A stretch of 64,000 nt of DNA from Lama glama. Taxonomy: Eukaryota. A model generated the notes under the pieces. That model searched no databases. It was not told where the DNA came from and saw nothing but the letters and a program-made list of their open reading frames with translations. Position 1 is the stretch's first letter. Each line of letters opens with the position of its first letter. The position numbers were made by a program, and so were the translations under genes. The stretch spans positions 52,702,001-52,766,000 of the forward strand of contig CM052817.1 of NCBI GenBank assembly GCA_028534125.1, given 5' to 3'. This document shows positions 37,400 to 50,790 of this stretch, piece by piece.

Positions 37400-38410
37400 T
37401 CCTCTGTAATTACAACATATTACACGTCCTGAAAGCTCGAACAAATAGCCTCTTGAAGGTACAACTGAGATTTTGGAGATCGCATCCTGCATAATGAGAC
37501 ATTATTGGTTAGAGTATACAATGTACTTATATCAGTGGGTATCAACAGTTTATTCCTGGACCAGTGGTATCAGTATTACCTGGGAATTTATAGGAAATGC
37601 AAACTCTCAAACCTTATCCTAGATCTACTGAAGCAGAAACTCTGTTGATGGGGCTTATTAAACAGTTTTCTAACAAAGTCTCCAGATGATTCTGGTGAAT
37701 GATAAAGGTTGAGATTGACTACCTTTAAACAGCCATTATGTGGTGCTATGTTTCCAGTTGTTAGAGCAGATGTTCTGGGAACAAAGGATAGAAATAGAAG
37801 CATATCTTATCATCAACACTTGGGTAGCTACTTGGAGATACTGTATTTCCCATGTGTTCGTAAGTTCTGTAACACTTAAGGTCTTGTTTCCCAGTATGAG
37901 CTTGTAGGCAGGGAAAGGTGCTTCCTCTAAGAGGCAAACAAACAAACAAAAAAGAATTATACTGTTAGGGAAAATGACCCTGGTTGTAATAAGAAAGCAA
38001 GGTTGTTAATGCATATATAATAGGGGCAAGAGGGAACGTGTTTATGAATTAAGGGATCAAATAAAATTATTCTTGGCATTCTTATGTCCATTTCCAACTA
38101 GAAATGGCAAGTATAGCAATCACAGACTGATGAGGGCATGGAATATAATGCTTAGGACCCTCAGTAATGCAAATCTGGTTCACTCCATCAGGCCAGACAA
38201 CTAGGCCAGCAGAAGTGCTAAGATAGTGAGGGATTTAGAATTTTGGGCAGAAAAGTGTCAGTTATGGCCTATGGACCAACTGAACCAATGAGGTATTTAA
38301 TGTATCCTACTATCCCATCTCGTCTAAGTTTTCCCAGAATTCTGACCAACCTGAACATTGGGGAATTTGCAGCTGGATCAATTTAGAATGTGAGGATCAA
38401 GTGCAATTGA
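37400..38410 (+). mobile_element. ERVL internal remnant (ERV3-16A3/LTR16-associated, integrase-3' region)
   Basis: aatagcctcttgaaggtacaactgag, tatgtggtgctatgtttccag, tgggaacaaaggatagaa, ggccagcagaagtgcta; no ORF left. Confidence 0.55.
37532..37730. mobile_element. MER5A hAT-Charlie element
   Basis: cctggaccagtggtatcagtattacctgggaatttataggaaatgcaaactctc...ctactgaagcagaaactctg...ctccagatgattctggtg. Confidence 0.8.
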
Positions 38411-38414
38411 GCAG

Positions 38415-38843
38415 TTGCTATCAGCAATTTGTCTTGATTCTTTTACTGCCAGATGCATCCATCCTCCAGGAGCTGTGAGTGTTTCATTCTAATGGATCGT
38501 TTTCTGTTGCTGCCCTCTTCTCTGAGAATTGGTCTGGGTCTAAAGAGCTCCCCTAGGAGAAAATGTTACTACTCCAGAGGTACTGTCTGCAGTCTTTGGC
38601 ACACTGGTATAGAATTACAAAATGTTACTTCCCATTTCAGAAAGTAAGATCAACTCAGTGATTAATTCAACTTCCAGAGCTCTCCAAGGTATAGAATGAA
38701 GCTAGCCTCTAGCTGAAATGCCACACTTGCTTAACTGTTTTCCACTGGTTTATTCTGCTTCTCTCATTTCTCTTCTACTGCAAACAGTCATTCAAAAAAA
38801 AAAATCTTCTCTTAGACTTTATTAGGGAACTCAAATTAAGACA
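38415..38843 (+). mobile_element. LTR16-like 3' LTR
   Basis: gatgcatccatcctccagg, ctgccctcttctctgagaattg, ttccagagctctcc, ends agggaactcaaattaagaca. Confidence 0.7.
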
Positions 38844-39279
38844 TACCTTTTCTCCAAAACTGACTGGAGAATGTACATTTAAAAAATAAAACAGATGAGT
38901 GAAAAAGGAGTTAAAAAAAGAGGGTTCAGGAAATTGAGTCTGAAAGAGAGAGAAAAAGACTCTCCAGGATGAGAAGAATCAATAGAGGTTTTGGGGGGAA
39001 ATGATAGGCAAAAGATACAGAGATCAGATTGAAACTGATCAAAAAGGCTCTAGGTAGAAATTTCTATTAAGTTTGAAACTATCCAAATGTCTCATGCATT
39101 TCAGTGTATCAAGAGAACTTAAAAGTGAATCACAAGCTGAGACTGTACTAAGGACACAGAATGCTTATTATTTTTTTAAGTAGGTAAAACTAACAATATA
39201 GATAAGAAAAATTATGTAGCTTGGTGTAAGCAGCATTCATGTCTTTGTATTTTAAACACTACGCTGATTTTTTTTAAAG

Positions 39280-40950
39280 ATTAAGAGACAAATACTTTCA
39301 CTCAAATTTCTAACCTTCAGTTTACATGCTCTTATTGGCTAAGTTTTGAACTCTGTATTTTTAGCCCATCTTTTTGCTTAAATGAACTTGTACATGTGTA
39401 TAGTGTTTCTTTAGTCTCTATTTCTTTATGCTTTCATAACTATTTCTTATGATAATTTCCTTCATCTTAAAACTTGTTTAGTGAATAACAATATTTGTGA
39501 AAATATAATCATTTCATATTTCTAAAATATAATTTCACACATTGTTTATGGAATTCTAGGTAGACTATTATGTTTCCCCTTGAAAATATTTCGCATTGGC
39601 TCTGGTTTCTGTTGTTACTGTTAAAATTATCTTTGAAGATAATCAGTCTTTTATACTTGCAACTTTGACAATAACATCTATAACTTTAATATCTAATTTT
39701 ATAAGTAAAAATAGGCATGGATTTATATTTATCTATCCATATTAGGATTTATTGTGCTCTAAGTGTACAAGAATGTATTTATCTTATTTTTAAAATAATG
39801 TTTTTATATCAGCATTCTGTCTCTATCTTCCTCCTGGAAGTTTTATTATACTTAGTGTTAGTCCATCTTTCTATACCTTCCATGTATCTTCACTTCTTCA
39901 TATTTTCCACCTCTTTGTTTCTCAGTGTTGCATTTGTTTAATTTCTTTAGGACTATTTTCTACTTCACTAGTTCCCTTCTTCAGCTGTGTAAAATCTGTT
40001 ACTTAAACCTGTTAATTTTAATTTTAAATATAATCATTATTGAAAAATTATCTGAATCTGGGAGGGTTTTTGGTCATTTTCTGACATGTCTGATCATTTT
40101 TAATGGTCTTGTGATTCTTAACTAAATTATCATTCTTTAAAATATCAGCTGAAGTGATAATAACAACCTACGATGCATGATATTTGTATGTGAAGTCTTC
40201 TCAAGTCTGATATTATTGTATGAATGTTTTGTCTACTCTCACTCAAGAAACTTTGTATGCTATCTGATACTTGATCATGTATTTTTGTATGATATCTGAT
40301 ACTTTTGTGATATCTGATACTTGATCATATATTTAGTAGAAATTGTCATTATTTAAGATCTGAGTGTAGAGTATTTTCTTCCAGGGGAGTTTTGCTTTTG
40401 CCTTTGCCATAAGCCTGGAACAGATAAAATAAAGAAATAGTTTAAATTTTTGTTTCTTTGTGGCCTTGTAGACCATGTAGACCATATAGAGATTTGATGT
40501 CTAACCTGATAGCCAAACACCTCACAGGGGAGATGTTTTTCTCTACTTTACTCAGATCTAATTGGATCGAAACAATTGTCCTTATTGCCTACTCTAACAT
40601 TGAATATTTTTATTGTGGTTTTTGTCTTCTAGCTTTCTCAGTCTTTCTTACGTTGATGCTTAGTTGATGAGTTTCCTTTTGGGTATGCCCATCTCAATCA
40701 ATTCACCTTTTGCATAAGCTTTGTTTGTAGCTCCTTATGTGGTCATTTGAGTAAAAGCTTTAGAATAACATGGAATTAATGTTCCTTCCTAAATATTTAC
40801 ACTTGCTTCTTTCTTGATCTCTTGATTATTTTCTTTCCAATCTTATAATTTAGTCAGAAATTTTTTCATGACTGAAATACATATTGAACCAGAATCTTTA
40901 TGTATTGTGGCAGAAGAATTTAAGCTTATCTATTCCATCAAAATATCAGC
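39280..40950 (-). mobile_element. very old L1/HAL1 5'-ORF1 region
   Basis: T-rich antisense L1-like tract: tctggtttctgttgttactgttaaaa, cttctcagctgtg-like ttccctcttcagctgtgtaaaatctg, tttcttccaggggagttttgcttttgc. Confidence 0.45.
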
Positions 40951-41992
40951 AACTGTAACCATCAATGTACATTTTATTGAAGTTCTACACGAGAGATAGA
41001 GAAAAGATGTGCATCATAAATTCCTTAACATAGAAAATTTTCCCTCTCATCTGCAATGTAATTCCTTTTATTTTCTGATCCTTAACTCAGAATTCCACCT
41101 TGCTAGCTCTTATTTGTGGTCAAATAGACTTTCCCACAGAGTTTTTGGATCCAGTATTATCTTCTGCAGGAACATCTCTTTCTCAGGTTCTACGTGAAGT
41201 TCAAATGATCCTTTCAAATTGATGCTCAGTTTCTAGCTTAAAATGATAGTGAGGATCAAAAATGGCAAAAATTAAAGAAAGGATCAAAGAAACAAAAAAT
41301 TGAGGTGAAATTTAAATATTTAATTCTATAGAATAAAGTCATTGTTATTTAGTCCCTAAAATGTCCACTTATTGATATTTTTTGATAATCTTTAGAAGCA
41401 ATTTATCATATTTTAGAAGAAACCACTTTGGCTAGTACTAAGAATTACATTAAACAAATTACCTTGCTTAAAAATAGTGTGTCTTAATAAACATGTTAAA
41501 ACTTTGTTTTAAAAATTATTATTTTTCTTTTCCTTTGGTCAGTGCATATTAGAACTTGAACTAGCTGGGGATTTTGTCAGAACTATTCTTGTTGAACTTT
41601 TATTCTTAATTGAAATAATTCCTTAAGGGAGGTTTTGTTTAAAACCTATAATCAGGAAACTGTGTATAAGAATATTTAATGAAATACAAAATTCAACAAG
41701 AATGATTAGATCACTTCCCAAATGGTTGTCATTTTTTAAACCCTGGTTTACCTGTCTTGCTATGATGACATTTCATTTTGAAGGATGTTTGTATTGTAGC
41801 TAACTATTCAACTCTGGTGCTGACTGCTGTTCTTAGCCATCACAATCGTGATAGCCATCACCACGCTAAATATGTGTAACTGGAGCTTCCTGCTGTTATT
41901 TGGAGATGGTGGGAAAGCTCAGTTTTGTATATTGTTTCCTAAGGTATATTAAAATGAACAAAGAAACTATTGCTGCTATTTTTAAAAAGCCT

Positions 41993-42500
41993 GCTAAAAT
42001 TTAACTGGGATTACATTAAATCTATAGGTCAATTTGGGGAAAATTGGCTTTTTAAGAACATCAGATCTTCCAATGTATGAACATGGCATAACCTTCCATT
42101 TCGTTAAGTTTTTATAATTTTTCTCAGCAACGTTATATGGGTTTTGGTATGCAAGACTTGCATGCGCATTGTTAAATTTATTAAGTATTTCATATTTTTG
42201 ATGCAAATGCTGTTATTTGTTCCATTTCAGTTTCCAACTGTTCATTGCTAGAATAAAAAAATAAAATTTTTTTATATATTAACCTTCCATACTGCAATCT
42301 TGCTAAGCTTATTAATTTGAGTTGCTTTTTGGTAGGTTCCTTAGGATATTCTATGTAGGCAATAGTGTCATCTGTAAATTGAGCTTCACTTCCTCCTCTC
42401 CAGTCCATGTAATTTACATCTCATTTTCTTAACCTATTGTAATCAACTGTTGACCAGAAGAGGTTGGAGCAAACATCTCTGCCTCATTCCTTATGTTAAG
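41993..42500 (-). mobile_element. L1 ORF2 fragment
   Basis: minus-strand ORFs FTDDTIAYIEYPKE and KWKVMPCSYIGR...FPKLTYRFNVIPVK. Confidence 0.85.
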
Positions 42501-42679
42501 TAGAATTAATTAATTAAAACATAATTAAAATGAAAAAAAATATTGTGTCTTCTCAATACATAGATTGATCTTTTAACAATGCCTTATTTTTTGAATAGTA
42601 TTTATAATTTTCCTTCATTATTTGGCATATTATATAATTCTCAAGTGTTTTATTTTTCTTATTGTTTTCTCACTGCCTA

Positions 42680-42970
42680 ATACATGCCACAGTCATGGCC
42701 CTTCTTTTATTTCTGAAGGTCAAAGCTCAGTCCTCCCTAATGTTTTATTTTCATTGTTTAATTTTTGTCTGGATGGCTTATGTCTGCCTCCTCCTTGTAA
42801 ACTAAGTTTCAGTAAAAATATCATCTCATTTGTTATGCATTCTCTGACTACCTTATATAAATCACACTTTCTCAGGCCATGCTCTATCTCATCCCTCTAT
42901 TTTCTTCATAGAACTTATCAGAGTGGAACAGTGCCTGGCACATATTAGAGGCTAAATAAATACATTTAAT
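42680..42970 (+). mobile_element. L2a 3' end
   Basis: ttctctgactaccttatataaa...ggaacagtgcctggcacatattagaggctaaataaatac. Confidence 0.7.
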
Positions 42971-44461
42971 AAAGAAACAGGCGGGATTTTCCAAATTTCT
43001 ATGACACTTTCAAATCAAGATGAACTATCGATCCTTGTAAAAACTTCTTCAAAATTACTCTTAAAACTATCACCTGAGTAGTTTGGTGGGCAGCATGTGA
43101 CTCTGACAGATTTTTAGATTTTTTAAACCAGGGAGAATAGCATTCTCCAGTGACTACCTAACAGTTGCTAATAAATCCTCACACAGAATTCATTTTTATT
43201 GTCAAAGGCTGAAAGATTAACTGCTAGTAAGAACCAGAGAGAATAAAGGAAATCAAATGAGGAAGAGCTACTACTTGTTTTATAGTCTTTGGTACTTTAC
43301 TGATGATATAAAAAATTGAGTAAGACACTGTCTAAGAACAGAGTTAAAAGTCAGAAGTGTCATTGATTGATTTCTGGAGACTATCCCACATCAATTCAGG
43401 GAAGCAGAATAATTTGAAGTTGTCTTTTTAAAGCTTAAAACGTTGCCTGGATATTGTTCATTACAATTCATTAAAAGAGTTGCTCTAAGTCTTTGTTTTC
43501 TTTTAGCCTTCATTACTTAGTAACCAATACTACAGAAATAACTAACTCAATATTTTAAGTTCTCTATACATGTGTAAAAACAACAAAACAAAAATTACAG
43601 TCTCTTTCTTTACCTATGGAGCAAATAACAAATGAGGACAACCAGTGGTTTCAAGATTCATTTTTAGACCCATGAATAATAAAATGCACCTGAGCCTCAC
43701 TCTCTGGGACTGCATTTCCACCTGCAAGATATTTGAAAAACTGACATATTCGCATGATTATTTTAAATACATATATTTTTATTTCTTTTTTAAATCAGAG
43801 TTTGGAGATCTATTTATACAAATTCTATTTATTTTAATTTATATGAATACCAACTTGTGGGTCATGAATTTTATATCTTTTTATACATAAAAATGTGAAA
43901 TGTGAAAGCTCTTCTTCAGTACTCTAATATCAGAGTGAATGTGGACTATTTGTGCTAATTTTAATTTGTTTTTCAAGTGAAATTGCTACTTTTGTATTAT
44001 TGATGCAGAAAAATAAAACCAAAGCCAGTACAGAGATACATGTAAAATGGCACTATATAATTGGTACAATTACAGCAAATGGCAGAACTCACACATACAA
44101 GTCTGACATTTTTCTTTCCTTCTTTTTTTCTTTCATTCTTTCTTCCTTTTTTATGCTTTGTCATTAATTTGGATAGACACTGAAGTAGACTAACATAGAA
44201 ATTGTTTAGAAATCGGCTCCTGTGTTTCAGAGGTATCTATTTCAAACATTATGAAGAAAATAAAACAATGTCATAAAATTTTAAAAACATATGTTTCATT
44301 TTTCTGATTAGGCAGGTGAAGAAAATGAAGGGTCTAGAGTATAGTTAGGTAGCCCTGCAGTCGAAACAAGAATATGATCTATGTTCTAGTTCTTGAAGTC
44401 TGTCTGCAAGAACTTAAGTTCTCTGGAAGAACTCAGGAGAATGTTGTTAAATGTTCTAAAG

Positions 44462-44656
44462 CAGCAGAGATGATGATGCAGTCAGACATTTGACAATGTC
44501 TAGAGGCATGTTTGGATGTCACAGCTGAGGTCAGTGATATTTAGTGTACAGAAGCCAGGATGTTTCTAGACATCCTACAGTGCACAGGACAGCATCCTGC
44601 AACAAAGAATGATTCAGTCCAAAAATGACCATAATAAGAAAATTTGAGAATCTCTG
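44462..44656. mobile_element. MER20
   Basis: gacatttgacaatgtctagagg...acatcctacagtgcacaggacagc...aacaaagaatgattcagtccaaaa...ttgagaatctctg. Confidence 0.85.
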
Positions 44657-46057
44657 TCCTAGACATTCAAGTGAATTTGTATTCTACAAATATTAAAATT
44701 TGTATATGAAGCCACCACTATGGGAATATTCTTACAATTTCTATATGTAAATTTCAAGAAAAATAATGTAATGTTAAAGAATAATTTAGGGCTTAATAGA
44801 ATAAAACTGAATAAAATTGTAATATTGCTTTCAGTATTTCATACTGAAACACATCATAAACATTTACAATTTATTGTTTTTATTATTGTTAAAACATATA
44901 AGTTTAAACTTAGATAATATAGATATTAAATGTAGAGACAGTTTCTTTTTTATCTTATCAGGATGCCTTTGATTCTTTTCTGGTAACTCCCTAACATATT
45001 GGCCTCTGTGGTTCCTGGCTTTGATCTCTGGGAGATTCCTCATTGTTTAGCATCCTCAATAGCAATATCTGAATTTGTTGGAGTGTTTGCTTCCTCACTA
45101 GCCAAACAACTTCTGAAGACTGCTTCTTGCTGATACATGCTTGAAAGCAAATGTTGCTTCAGGGACTGGACAAAGGCTTTTTTATAGAACATGTTTGTGT
45201 TTCTTTTGATAGTAAGATTTCCTCAGTGAAATAGTAAGTTTCTAATCTGTTTCTTTTCTTTCACTTCCAAGTGCAAATAACCACACTCACAGATCCCTTC
45301 TGAACATAGATTTTCAGTCGGCTGACTCTTCTTTATTTGCTGTTTTCCGTATCTGATCCATCCATTTATCTCTCATTTGCATTATGGCAAACTGAAGGAC
45401 ATTAAAACTACTAGCTTGGAAGCAAAAGCATTAGTCTCTAATAAAAACTTTATCATTGGCAGGTCCCCAATGTCTGGCCAAGAATGCCTAATTTAAGCCT
45501 GTTTAGGAAGATTCTTAGTGAAAATTTTTTCTTGATTTGGAAACCACCTCATTGTCTGTCTCAGTCTATTTATTTAGTTACGGGTCTAGCATTTGCTCTT
45601 GGCAGAATTCTGTTCTCTTCAATCACTTCTTGTGTGTAGGTTGATTCTTTCCTAACCTCTCTATTTCAGTAGTCCCTTGGTGAAAAAATAAAACACCAGA
45701 ACACGCAAATAAATACTAATGATATGAATCTACTATCTCCCTTAAAACTATAGACTTGTGAGATATATGATATACCTTGTAAGGTGACATAGAATATTAT
45801 GGTTTGTCATAGCATAAAAAGGAGCACATGCTTCCAGCCTAAAATGTTTGTGTCATTGTTAGCTATAGCTCAAGTACTAAGTCATGCCATATTGTTAGTT
45901 TTTCTTGTTGCTGTACCCTAATCCCAGGTACCAATTAATGTATTAATTAAAATATATGTTATACTTCTTTAATAATGAGATCTAAAAATAAAGTGGCTCA
46001 AGTAAAACAGAAGCTTATTTATCTCTTACCTAATAGTTGAGAGGTAGTACAAGGTAA

Positions 46058-46112
46058 TGTGTGTGTGTGTGTGTGTGGTGTGTATGTGTGTGTATGTTTG
46101 AGTGTGTGTGTG
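46058..46112. repeat. (TG)n microsatellite within an MLT1-like fragment (about 45960-46260)
   Basis: tgtgtgtgtgtgtgtgtgtggtgtgtatgtgtg; upstream aagtggctcaagtaaaacagaagcttattt. Confidence 0.9.
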
Positions 46113-46272
46113 TGAGTTGGTGTAGAAGGATTTGACAGAAGCTTCAAGGACTGTATTTCCTCTAGTGCCCTGGTTAATTGCAAATGAGACATTAATTTCT
46201 GGACTAGTGTTTTGATGTTGGACCTCTAGGAGGGTGCAAAGGGAAAGGCCTGTATACTCTAAGTTTCTGGCC

Positions 46273-46615
46273 TTGAAGCTGTTGCAATTGTAAGGTCACT
46301 AACTTGGCCGAGTTTTGTTTGAATTTGAGAGCTGCATGCTGGAGAACAGCAGACAGGAAGCATTTATAGGATAAAGAATAAAAAACAAGGAAGGAAAAAT
46401 AGAAAATATCTGATTGACTAGGGTCACATAGTCAGCTGTGTTTGGGGTAAGAAGGCCCAGAGCTGGCTTGACGTTTGGGGATTGGCTGACCGGATATACT
46501 GTGTTTCTGTTCAAACAGATCATTTGCAGGGACATAGAAGTTCTCTAAGTTTCAGTTTGCTCATGTGGCACACTGGGCAGAAGGAGCTCCATCTTGGACC
46601 TAGATATTTGTTTCA
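46273..46615 (-). mobile_element. ERV1-type LTR fragment (MER110/MER90-like)
   Basis: gaagcatttatagga, ggattggctgacc, taagtttcagtttgctcatgtgg...ctccatcttggacctag...tttcaa. Confidence 0.5.
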
Positions 46616-48699
46616 ATACTGGGCAGGAAATGTGATTTTTTTCTAAGAGAAACTGAATTACCTAGAAAACCACTACAATCTTATATTTCGAGTTGCATAA
46701 TGGCCATCTTGAATGATGTATTTTCATTGGGAGAGACTAAATTTTATTTCCTGAGATACTGGAAGATGTTTTTAAAGGACCTTTGTGTGTAATTAAAATA
46801 TTTTTATTTCAAATATATGCCAAAAATCTTGTCTGCAATGTAAAAATAGAAAAATAAAATGGCAACACAGCCTAAATGAAGTAACCTGAAATAGGAATTT
46901 TTAAAGACATCACCACAGCGGTGTTTGGCTAAGTAAACAACAAAAGAGGTTGAATATCCTTTGACTTTTAGAAGTATTGTCTATTGGATGTTTTCATTTA
47001 TTTCCTAAAGCATTGATAGCTATTCAACTACAACTGCCATTGCTCTTGCTCTTGGAATTTTTTATATCCCTTGAAACCATTTTCAAAGCAATGAGGAGCA
47101 CTAACCAGCTACAAAATAGCACTGTTATATGAGACCAATGTGAATTATATCAATTCTTTTTAAAGTTTCATGTGATGGAGTAGAATAGTAGAAGGACTGT
47201 TTCTTACAGTGTGTCACACAATAGGTAGAATATCATATCATTGTAGCAAATACAGTTGTTCCAATTCTGTATCACTACAAATTGAATTTTTATACATTTA
47301 TTTTTCTCATATAATAAGGGCAGGCCAGTTAACATCCTGGATAGTTTGTCAGAATCAAACATGTAGAATCTGCAGTAGTTAGACAAAATTAGATAAATGT
47401 TAAGACATAAATATTATGGATTGTTAAATGGAAGCCAGTCCTTTAAACCTAACAAAAACAAAATTTAATTTACACTTGGTTGGCATGTTTCAGTGAACAG
47501 ATCTGTGTTAGATCAATTTAGTCATGTATTTTTATTTTAAAATGCAGAAAGAAAGTAAATGAATTTAATTTTCAGTAAACAGTTTTATATTTAAGAAGTC
47601 ATTGCAATTAAAAATTTTTGAGTGTATTGTTTTAAATAGTAATTTTTGGCAAGCTTTTCTTTCAAGGAAATGTTGATATTTTCTAGGTTATTTAATTTCA
47701 ACATAAATGCATTACATTCTTAATTTTTTATGCAGCATTGCCAGGAGACAAGTATGTATATACTGAAATTGCATAATAACAATGCAGTTATTTTAACATA
47801 ACAGGGAATAGGAGTAAAAGAAGAAACCACATGATTCAGAGAACTCAAAATATGAATTTTTTAGCAAAAAAATAAAGCAAAAGTTTATTTGGACTTGCTT
47901 ATTCATACACACTTGACAAAAATGAAGTAGTAAAACAAATAATTTTATTTCCACATAGTAATAAGATTTTTTTTATTTTTTACATGAATTGGCATACAGT
48001 CATTAAAAATTAATGTCCTGTGGAGAATAAAACTCAAACTAAAGCACACACTCAGATGAAGATGAGAAAGTGAAGAAATTTTACATACCTACTCCAATCA
48101 ATGTTTAAAATAAAAACTGTTTAAAACAGATTGTGTGGTAACAGATATTTTTACATAGTTATACTATTCTGCAGTAATTATTCAGAAAGATAAAATGTAT
48201 TTTCAAACTTTTTTTCTAGATTTTAAATCCAAAGAGGTGAGAAAAACCAAAATAATTAGAAAACATCTTGGCTTCTTTTTGTCTTAGCCAGTCAAGTACT
48301 GAGCTTGACATCACTATTTCACAGTTCTGTGTTGGTCCTCTGATTGGATTGTCTTTCCTCTTTTATCCATCCTGGTGTTTTACATATTCTTCCAGACCTA
48401 GTTAGATATCACCTTCCCTATGAAATCCTCCACGTTTCTCCTAAGACATAGAGATGCCATCAGATCTTTATGACCACTTCTCCAACTAGACTGTAAGCAA
48501 CCAAATGGCAGTAGCTGAGTTTTATTTCATATTTCTGGAATTAAGAAACTTTAGTGCTTATTTCAAAAAAAATGATACATAAATATTCATTTTTCCTTTT
48601 ATTTATTTTTCCTTTAAATTCAATGTCTTCAGTTCACATGGGATAAAATACCACAGATAATCGTAAATTATTGCTTTATTACTTTATGAATTGTTTAAA

Positions 48700-49310
48700 T
48701 ATATACTGTGTCAGAAAAGGATAAGTGCTATGGAGAGAAATAAATTGAGGTGAGTGAAATGGTGAATTATAAGAGACTGAGGTGCTATTTTATGGAGTAT
48801 GGTCAATGGAAACTTGACTGACAAAGTGATGTTTGAAAAGAAACTTGAAGAAAGTGAAAGGAAGAGGCATTTCAGGTATCTCAGGTGTGAGCATTCCAGG
48901 GAGAGGTAACAATAAGTACAAACCCCAGCGCCAAACACATGATTAGCATGTTCAGGGAAAAGTGAGGCCAGTATAGGTGGAGCAAAGCCTAGAAATGGGT
49001 GAAGGAATGGAGAAGGAAAAATGAGGTCCAAGAAAAGCAGAGGGCTCACTAATGTGTGTGGTCTTATCCACCATAATAAAGACTTGGTTTTTTATCATGG
49101 TAAAGATGGGGAACTTCTAAAAGTTTTGAGGCATAACATGAATCCTACATACATTCAAAGGAACAATATGACTATTTTGTGAAAAATAGATTTAGAAGAG
49201 AAAGAACAGAAACCTGGAGATCAGTTAGGAGACAACTGAATAATCTTGACAAGATATGATGGTGGCTTGCAACAGTGTAGGAGAGGCAGAATAGTGATAA
49301 GTGGCTAGAT
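48700..49310 (-). mobile_element. L2a
   Basis: ataagtgctatggagagaaataaa, gagcattccaggg, gtgaggccagt, ggagatcagttaggaga, gatggtggcttg. Confidence 0.8.
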
Positions 49311-49311
49311 T

Positions 49312-50304
49312 TGTTGCAGTTATAAAGTACCACAGCCTGGTGAATTTATCTTCTAACATTTCTAGAGGCTAAAGTCCAAAATCAAGACGTTAGCAGGGTT
49401 AGGGCATGAGAAGGGCAGCATCCCAGGCTTCGGTTGAGCCCCTGGGATGTGCCCCCATCAAGCGTGGGTCCTTGGGTTCACGGAGAAAAGAATTCAAGAG
49501 CAAGCCACACTTGAGTAAATGTAGATTTGTTTAGAGAGATACATTGAAAGGCAAGAGAAAGGCTACGAGGTGTGGGGGTTGGGTGCTCAGATTAAAAGTA
49601 AGTACACATTCCATAGACAGAATGCTGGTAGTCTCCAAAGAGGGAGAGGGGGCAGCTGCGAGGCACCCTATTGCTAGTTTTCATGGGCTTGGTGGCTTCA
49701 TATGCTAATAAGTGGAAGGACCAGTCTAAGTAGCCTGGGGAAGGGGCTGGGATTCCCAGAAAGTTGGCCATTTCCCACTCATTGATATTTTGTGGCTAGC
49801 CTTGAGACTACCATGGTGACTGTGGGCATGTTATTCACCATGTTAATATATTACAATAAGTGGATAATGAAGCTCAAGATCTACTAGAAGTTAAATCTCT
49901 CATCATCCTGATCCTCAAGGCCTACAGGGGGTTGAATCTTTCACCATTTTGATGTTAATTGCTGTAGCATTCCTTGAATGGCTGTGCCCTGCCCCCTTCC
50001 ATCCTGTCTCCTAAGGGCAGTGAAGGAAGAATCTGTTCCAGGCCCCTTTCCTTGGGTTTCTTATGGACATCTTCTCCATATGTCTATTAACATTGTCGTC
50101 ATTTTATGTTTGTGTGTCTGACTCCAAATTTTCCCTTTTTATTAGGATAACAGTGGCATTGGATTAAGGCTCACCCTAAAGACCTCATTTGAACTTGATT
50201 ACCTCCATAATCAAGACCCTATCTCCAAATAAGGTCACATTCTGATACTGAGGATCAGAACTTTAACATATGAATTTTGTGAGAAGACAGTTCAACCCAT
50301 AACA
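49312..50304 (-). mobile_element. MLT1 LTR split by an ERV1 LTR (parts 49312-49406 and 50011-50304)
   Basis: aaagtaccacagcctggtg...aagtccaaaatcaagacgttagcagggtt | gaagaatctgttcca...ccctatctccaaataaggtcacattctga...gttcaacccataaca. Confidence 0.85.
49407..50010 (-). mobile_element. lineage-specific ERV1-type solo LTR
   Basis: gggtccttgggttcacggagaaaagaattcaagagcaagcc, tttagagagatac, catatgctaataag, ends gtgccctgcccccttccatcctgtctc. Confidence 0.8.
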
Positions 50305-50659
50305 GGGTCCATGAGGAAAAGATTTTGACCAAGCATTTTGATTTAAGCAGAGGAATAGAATTAGTAATTACCTTCAGCACTCTTCATATTATCCATTCAT
50401 TCAGTTTTCAACAAATACTTACCAAATGATTTGCTGTGTGAATACTTTTCTAAGCACAATGAAAAAGATACCCAGACACTAAACCCACATGATTGAACAT
50501 TTTAATGAAACATTCCATGGGCATGCAGTTTCCTTCTCCTGAAGGACCTGCAATTCCCTTAGTACTCCATTTGAAATACTTCCCACATGCTTAAAGAAAA
50601 CTAAGGGGTAAAATCAGCATTTCCTCTCTGGGATGTTTGCTAACAACAAACTTTCCTTG

Positions 50660-50790
50660 TCAGTTTTGGTAGGTCACTTGTCACTTTGAGCCTCTGTTCC
50701 TTCCTCTGTAAATTGGGGGAGATACATCTACCTCATGAGATGATAGTCAGGATTAAATAAAATATTATATGCCCAAGTTATGTTCAGACA
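50660..50790 (+). mobile_element. MIR
   Basis: ggtcacttg...tgagcctctgttccttcctctgtaaattggggg...ctacctcatgag...aggattaaataa. Confidence 0.75.
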
